DNA from: an uncultured Gammaproteobacteria bacterium
GTDB taxonomy: Bacteria > Patescibacteriota > Microgenomatia > CAYQLK01
Length of the DNA stretch: 64,000 bases
NCBI GenBank assembly: GCA_964404855.1
Contig: CAYOLO010000001.1
Location: forward strand, 443,009 to 507,008
Reading direction: 5' to 3'
The notes under the pieces are model-generated. The model had not been told where the DNA came from. It did no database searches and saw only the letters and a program-made list of their open reading frames with translations. Positions 58,989 to 64,000 of this stretch are shown one piece after another; within the stretch, counting starts at the first letter, position 1; every line of letters starts with the position of its first letter. A program made the translations under genes and the position numbers.

Positions 58989-61622
58989 TTGTTTACGGCG
59001 AACTGGATTGTTAGAATAATAAGGATGTTGAAGGTTCCACAGTCTTCTGGTCATAAAAGACCAGTCTATTTTTCCGGCACAACTAAAAGATTACTTTTTT
59101 CGCGTAAAAGCAAAAAGGCCAAACTTGTGGCGTTTGCAACGACCGCTTTGATAGCAGGTTTGGTTGTAATGATTGTTTTTATCGGAATTCTTTTTGCAAT
59201 TGTTTCAAGGAGTTTGCCCTCGCCGACAAAACTTACAGAAAGGGATCAAGAGTTGTCGACGAAGATTCTGGACAGAAATGGCAAGCTTCTTTATGACGTT
59301 TATGGCAACGAAAACAGGTCACTCGTTGAGCTAAAGAGTCTCCCGCCATATGTTCCACAAGCATCGATTGCAATTGAAGACCAGAATTTTTATAAACACG
59401 GAGGTTTTAGTCCGGTTGGTTTTATTCGTGGTTTTGTAAAAACTGTGTTTTTTGGTGACACTCAGGGTGGTTCGACGATTACTCAACAGTTGGTTAAAAA
59501 AGCCTTATTAACTGATGAGCAGACTTTGACACGTAAGTTTAAGGAATTTATTTTGGCTGTTCAAATCGAGGGAAAATACTCCAAAGATGAAATACTGCAG
59601 ATCTATCTTAATGAGATTCCATACGGTGGTACTGCTTCTGGAATTGAAGCTGCTGCGCAGTTATATTTTGGTAAAACCTCAAAAGATTTAACTCTTACCG
59701 AAGCAGTAATTTTGGCTGGACTTCCTCAGAGGCCGACATATCTGTCGCCTTTTGGTCAGAACCCAACTGCATATATTGATAGGTCAAAAGATGTAGCAAG
59801 AAGGATGCGAGAGGATAATTACATTACCAAAGAACAAGAAGAGCAGATTGTATCAGAACTACCCAGTGTGGTTTTTGCGAAATCAAACGAAACCTTCAAA
59901 GCTCCACATTTCGTTTTTTATATTCGTGAACAGTTAGAACAAGAGTACGGCGAATCAGTTGTGCAATCTGGAGGTTTAAAAGTTACGACGAGTTTGGATT
60001 TGGATTTGCAGGAAGAAGCTCAAAAAATCGTATATGACGAGGTAACCAAGCTTGCCGATCTTAATGCTACCAACGGTGCTGCGGTAGTGACTGATCCAAA
60101 AAATGGTGAGATTTTGGCAATGATTGGTTCGAAAGATTATTTTGATGAAGAGTATGACGGTAAATATAATGTTGCAACAGCTTTAAGACAACCAGGGTCT
60201 TCAATTAAGCCTGTGACATATGCAACCGCAATAGAGGAGGGTGTGCCATCTAGCACTGTGATTATGGATACACCGACGGAGTTCCCTGGTGGGGCCGGAC
60301 AGCCACCCTACAAGCCTGTGAACTACGATAGTAAGTTTCATGGCCCAACTCAGCTTAGATTTGCTTTAGCTAACTCTTATAATATTCCCGCCGTTAAGTT
60401 ACTAGCTATGGTTGGCGTAAAAAGCATGCTACAGACAGCCTACGACATGGGGCTTTCGACTCTTGAGCCGACGAATGAGAACATGAAACGATTTGGATTG
60501 TCAGTTACCTTAGGAGGTGGCGAAGTTAAGTTAATTGATATGACCACGGCTTTTGGAGTATTTGCTAATGGTGGTCGTAGACAAGAACCTGTTTCGATAT
60601 TAAAAATTGAAGACCGTAAAGGCAAAACACTTAAAGAAAATAAACCTAAAGAAGGGCCAAAAGTTCTAAGTGAAGAAACCTCATTTATTATTTCTCATTT
60701 CTTGTTAGACAATTCTGCGAGGTCATCGGCTTTTGGTGCTGGATCAAGCTTGGTAGTGCCAGGAAAGACTGTTTCAGTCAAAACCGGTACAACGGATGAC
60801 AAGCGCGATAACTGGACGATTGGATACACACCATCAGTCGTTGTGGGCGTTTGGGTTGGTAACAATGACAATAGTGCGATGAATCCTAAGATTTCTTCAG
60901 GACTAACAGGAGCTTCCCCAATTTGGAATAAAATCATGAGTTATGCTTTAAAAGACAAAAAAAGTGAAGATTTTAAGGTGCCTTCAAATGTGACCTCTCA
61001 AGTAATTGATGCAATTGGTGGTGGTAAGCCTTGTCGGGATTTTGCAACGAGAGCTGAATATTTTGTAAAAGGCACAGAACCTTCGGAAGATTGTTTGAAG
61101 TTTAAGAAGGTAAAGGTAAGTAAATCTACGGGCAAACTTGCTAACGACTTGGAGATAGCTAAGGGTGAATATGACGAAAAAGAGTATTTTGTTTTTAACG
61201 AAGAGGATCCGATTTCGACGGACGGTAAGAATCGTTGGCAAGAAGGAATTAATGCTTGGGCGGCGACCCAAACCGATGAAAGATATCGTCCTCCAACAGA
61301 GAATTCTGATGGTAAATCATCTGTTTCTGATACGGATGTGATTCTTGATATGGATAGACCAAGGGACAAAGATCAAGTTGAGTTGAAGGTCACGATTAAG
61401 GCTAAGGTTACGGTTAAAGACGATAGTAATGTTGAAAAGTGTGAATTGTATATCGATGACAATAAAGTCAAAACAAATCAAGGCTTAAGCCCTGAGTTTG
61501 AGTATCTATTTACTGATGGTCAAAAAGGTAAACATAAGATTAGAGTGGCATGTAATCTCAAAAACGGTGGTGTTGGTAGCAAAGAGATAAATGTGTCTGT
61601 TGGCCAACCTTGGGTGGATTAG
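58989..61622 (+). CDS. class A penicillin-binding protein (PBP1A, transglycosylase/transpeptidase) with C-terminal extension
   Basis: GT51 motifs EDQNFYKHGG and GGSTITQQ. Transpeptidase SSIK, SYN and KTGT motifs. About 200 aa of extra C-terminal domain. Confidence 0.9.
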   Translation: MFTANWIVRIIRMLKVPQSSGHKRPVYFSGTTKRLLFSRKSKKAKLVAFATTALIAGLVVMIVFIGILFAIVSRSLPSPTKLTERDQELSTKILDRNGKLLYDVYGNENRSLVELKSLPPYVPQASIAIEDQNFYKHGGFSPVGFIRGFVKTVFFGDTQGGSTITQQLVKKALLTDEQTLTRKFKEFILAVQIEGKYSKDEILQIYLNEIPYGGTASGIEAAAQLYFGKTSKDLTLTEAVILAGLPQRPTYLSPFGQNPTAYIDRSKDVARRMREDNYITKEQEEQIVSELPSVVFAKSNETFKAPHFVFYIREQLEQEYGESVVQSGGLKVTTSLDLDLQEEAQKIVYDEVTKLADLNATNGAAVVTDPKNGEILAMIGSKDYFDEEYDGKYNVATALRQPGSSIKPVTYATAIEEGVPSSTVIMDTPTEFPGGAGQPPYKPVNYDSKFHGPTQLRFALANSYNIPAVKLLAMVGVKSMLQTAYDMGLSTLEPTNENMKRFGLSVTLGGGEVKLIDMTTAFGVFANGGRRQEPVSILKIEDRKGKTLKENKPKEGPKVLSEETSFIISHFLLDNSARSSAFGAGSSLVVPGKTVSVKTGTTDDKRDNWTIGYTPSVVVGVWVGNNDNSAMNPKISSGLTGASPIWNKIMSYALKDKKSEDFKVPSNVTSQVIDAIGGGKPCRDFATRAEYFVKGTEPSEDCLKFKKVKVSKSTGKLANDLEIAKGEYDEKEYFVFNEEDPISTDGKNRWQEGINAWAATQTDERYRPPTENSDGKSSVSDTDVILDMDRPRDKDQVELKVTIKAKVTVKDDSNVEKCELYIDDNKVKTNQGLSPEFEYLFTDGQKGKHKIRVACNLKNGGVGSKEINVSVGQPWVD

Positions 61623-61655
61623 TTTTCCTAACAATAATAAACAAAATATTTTTGG

Positions 61656-61690
61656 CAAGAAAAAAGGCCGGAGCTTTGTGGGCTCCGGCC
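61656..61690 (-). terminator. intrinsic terminator (minus strand; stem also usable on plus strand)
   Basis: ggccggagc-tttgtgg-gctccggcc. On the minus strand it is followed by TTTTTTCTT; on the plus strand only by TT. Confidence 0.7.
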
Positions 61691-62308
61691 TTAACGGCGG
61701 AATTGGCGAATTTGTTTTCTGTCGCTTCGCCGGCTACGACTTTTCTTTAAGTCCCTGTAACGCTGGGCAGCGGTGAGGCGTTATACCGTGTCGCGACTAA
61801 TGGCCTGGCGTTCAGGCCTGCGCTGCATGATTACTCTCCTCTCTTAACCCTTTACCGTGCTTATGGGATTGCCTTTAAGGTTGTCTCCTTGAAATAAGAA
61901 AGAAAACAACATTTTGGGCTACACGGAAGGTGAAGTCCGAGTCGGGCGACGTTTCTTGACTGACGGTCGCCTACGCTTGCCCTCATTTCGGTAGAGGGCT
62001 TTTTGAAGGGGGCTGATCCACTTCTTGTTGCAGATTGCTTATAGGGCTTACTGCAAGGTTGAAGCTAAACAGCCTGACAGAATCAGACATCCATATGTGG
62101 TCGTGCTCCTTTTACTGCCCTTGGTTTTTTCTGCCGCGCATTTGGTGCGGGATTACCTTGGGCGGTTTGGTCGATGAGGTCACGAAAAAAATGGAGTCCT
62201 CGGCCACCTTCTATTGGCTTGTTACAGACCAGAAGGATTTGGCGGCCTCATGTCCTTATTACCTCCACGTAATATGAAAGAACTATGAACAGCAATTAAG
62301 CTATCCAT
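61656..62308 (-). ncRNA. candidate large structured ncRNA (~650 nt, GC ~55%, no ORF), class unassigned
   Basis: Bounded by a perfect consensus promoter and an intrinsic terminator on the minus strand. GC-rich in an AT-rich genome. Contains an internal hairpin+T5 (61979-62004, plus-strand sense). Confidence 0.55.
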
Positions 62309-62315
62309 TGCGATA

Positions 62316-62344
62316 ATTATACCCTATAGTTATATATATGTCAA
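62316..62344 (-). promoter_or_regulatory. consensus sigma70 promoter TTGACA-N17-TATAAT (minus strand)
   Basis: Plus strand attata (62316-62321) ... tgtcaa (62339-62344), which is TTGACAtatatataactatagggTATAAT on the minus strand. Confidence 0.75.
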
Positions 62345-62387
62345 GGGTGTTTAGTCTGGGGATTTTGGTTTAAAAAAGACCCTAGAA

Positions 62388-64000
62388 CTATTTAAAGTTA
62401 TTGGTGATTTTTGTTTTTATCTCTGTTGCCTCTTCTTTGGTAATGGTTTTTTTGCTGTCTCTAAGTTCGATTTTGAAAGTGTGAGCGATTTTGGTTTTTT
62501 TGGTAAAACCTTCAATGTAACTAATGTTTGTGATTTTTGGACTAATCTTTAATATTTTTGAAACTATTTGACCCACCTTGGTGTTGATTGGCGTTTCTAG
62601 TGTAATGTCTTCAAAGGTTGGAGGATAAGTTGGAATCGGTGTAAATGATACTTTGGGTTTGGCGACTTTAATGATGTTTATGGTGTCAATTATGGCAAAA
62701 AAACCAAGGTTATGAGATTTTTTAACCACGCCGAGTGTTACTAATTCTAATTTATTAGATAGGTATTTTACGGACTGATCCGTGTCGAACTCGCTATTTT
62801 GATTGTCGAATGAAATTGTAAATTTAATGCCAAGTCTAAAGAGAATTTGTTCAATTAGTCCTTTAAATTCTGAGACTGAGAAAGTGTTTGTAAACAAACA
62901 AAATTGCATTTTTTCTAAAGGAAGTGGAGATAATTTTTGAGAAATATAAATATTGGCCAGTTCGAACAGACTAAAGCGGGGTGTGTATTTTAGATTAAGT
63001 TCGACTGTTTGTGACATTGATGGCAGTAAACTGGGTCGCATACACATGTTTTCGCTAATAGGGTTGGTGATTTTGACGGTTTTGTTCTCTGGTGTTCCTG
63101 TTTGTTCGAGAAGTTCTTTGGAAATAATCGGGCTGTTATAGACCTCGTTAAATTTGTGCTTTATAAGGATTTTTTTAATTATTTCTTCAATTACGAATTG
63201 AGGTTGCTTGGGAGTGATTTTTTCTAATTGAGGAGGAAGCGTTGATGGTAGTTTGTGGTAGCCATAAATTCGCGCGATTTCCTCAATTAAGTCTTGCTCT
63301 ATCTCCATGTCTGCTGATCTGTGAGATGGAATTGTGCTTAGGTATTTTTTGGTGGTTTTTTGAAAGCTGGTGTTGATTTGAAGGCCGTTTAAAATCCTAA
63401 CGACGATTTTGGGACTGATTTCTATACCGAGGTATTTTTCTAAAAGTTTATGATTAAGACTAACTGTTTTGGCTTTGTTTGGTGTTGGATAAATGTCAAT
63501 TAAATCGCTAGCGATGCGACTTTTCGGTGAGAGTTTTGACAAAAGTTTAATTGATCTATCAAGAACCTTGATTGACTGTTCGGAATCAATGCCTTTTTCA
63601 AAAAGTGTGGCGGCTTGAGTGCGGTGAGCAAGTTTGAGTGAAGTTGATCTAATTCTTTTGGGGTTATAAACGGCTGAAGTTAATAAAATTCTTGTGGTTT
63701 GTGAGGTAATTTGAGAATTTTCTCCACCCATAATGCCAGCTAAATCAATGATTCTTTTGGTGTCGCGAATAATGATTGAGCCAACTGGTAGTGAGTGTTC
63801 TTTACCATCAAGTGTTGTCATTTTTTCTCCATTTCGACTTAGTTCGACACTGGCAGTTTGGCCAACAATAGAGTCGTAGTCAAAAGCGTGCATTGGTTGG
63901 CCAGTTTCTATCATAATGTAATTGGTAAGGTCTACTAGATTGTTGATTGGTCTTATTCCGACGTTTTCTAGTCGTTTAGCTATTTTGAGTGGAGATTTTT
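62388..64000 (-). CDS. pheT: phenylalanyl-tRNA synthetase beta subunit, 5'-partial (continues beyond window end)
   Basis: B3/B4 region (IETGQPMHAFDYD), B5, and the C-terminal catalytic-like and anticodon-binding domains. The in-frame sequence continues upstream of the listed Met to the window edge. Confidence 0.85.
   Translation of the reverse strand, partial: KSPLKIAKRLENVGIRPINNLVDLTNYIMIETGQPMHAFDYDSIVGQTASVELSRNGEKMTTLDGKEHSLPVGSIIIRDTKRIIDLAGIMGGENSQITSQTTRILLTSAVYNPKRIRSTSLKLAHRTQAATLFEKGIDSEQSIKVLDRSIKLLSKLSPKSRIASDLIDIYPTPNKAKTVSLNHKLLEKYLGIEISPKIVVRILNGLQINTSFQKTTKKYLSTIPSHRSADMEIEQDLIEEIARIYGYHKLPSTLPPQLEKITPKQPQFVIEEIIKKILIKHKFNEVYNSPIISKELLEQTGTPENKTVKITNPISENMCMRPSLLPSMSQTVELNLKYTPRFSLFELANIYISQKLSPLPLEKMQFCLFTNTFSVSEFKGLIEQILFRLGIKFTISFDNQNSEFDTDQSVKYLSNKLELVTLGVVKKSHNLGFFAIIDTINIIKVAKPKVSFTPIPTYPPTFEDITLETPINTKVGQIVSKILKISPKITNISYIEGFTKKTKIAHTFKIELRDSKKTITKEEATEIKTKITNNFK

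Noticed and set aside
61656-62308. GGGGGCUGAU at ~62010 (plus strand) resembles the 5' end of E. coli tmRNA (GGGGCUGAUUCUGGAUUCGAC)
   Set aside because: No matching tRNA-like 3' end, no tag reading frame, and the promoter and terminator indicate minus-strand transcription. Probably coincidental.

Overview
This is an AT-rich (~37% GC) bacterial chromosomal segment densely packed with short housekeeping genes. Its overall character suggests a small-genome, possibly CPR/Patescibacteria-like organism: extended Lys-rich C-terminal tails on GyrA, Lgt and L31, weak Shine-Dalgarno use, and a complete type IV pilus locus. TGA is used as a stop codon (ychF), so the genetic code is standard (code 11). 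Recognisable genes include rarA, ychF, rpsF-ssb-rpsR, ctpA, htrA, prfA-rpmE, hisS, dnaB, tRNA-Leu(CAA), efp, lgt-lspA, yebC-ruvC, a Xer-type tyrosine recombinase, gyrB-gyrA, holB, trmD-rpsP, rnc-acpP-nusB-rpmF, recG, tyrS, PBP1A and a partial pheT. A 12-gene type IV pilus cluster is present (pilB, pilT, pilC, two pilins, pilD, three pseudopilins, pilX-like, pilM, pilN, pilO). The most striking signals are two ORF-free, GC-rich (~55-60%) loci of about 790 and 650 nt. Each sits on the minus strand between a perfect consensus sigma70 promoter (TTGACA-N17-TATAAT) and an intrinsic terminator, which makes them candidate large structured ncRNAs; I could not assign them to a known class by eye. Other notable features are several GC-rich islands that look horizontally acquired (pyrF-pyrE next to the tRNA), a 24-nt repeat pair next to the recombinase, a 162-bp tandem repeat at the 3' end of rarA, a duplicated gyrB gene end, a recurring GCTACGTCCTGCG-plus-hairpin motif, and an AT-rich 1-kb spacer containing a perfect DnaA box.
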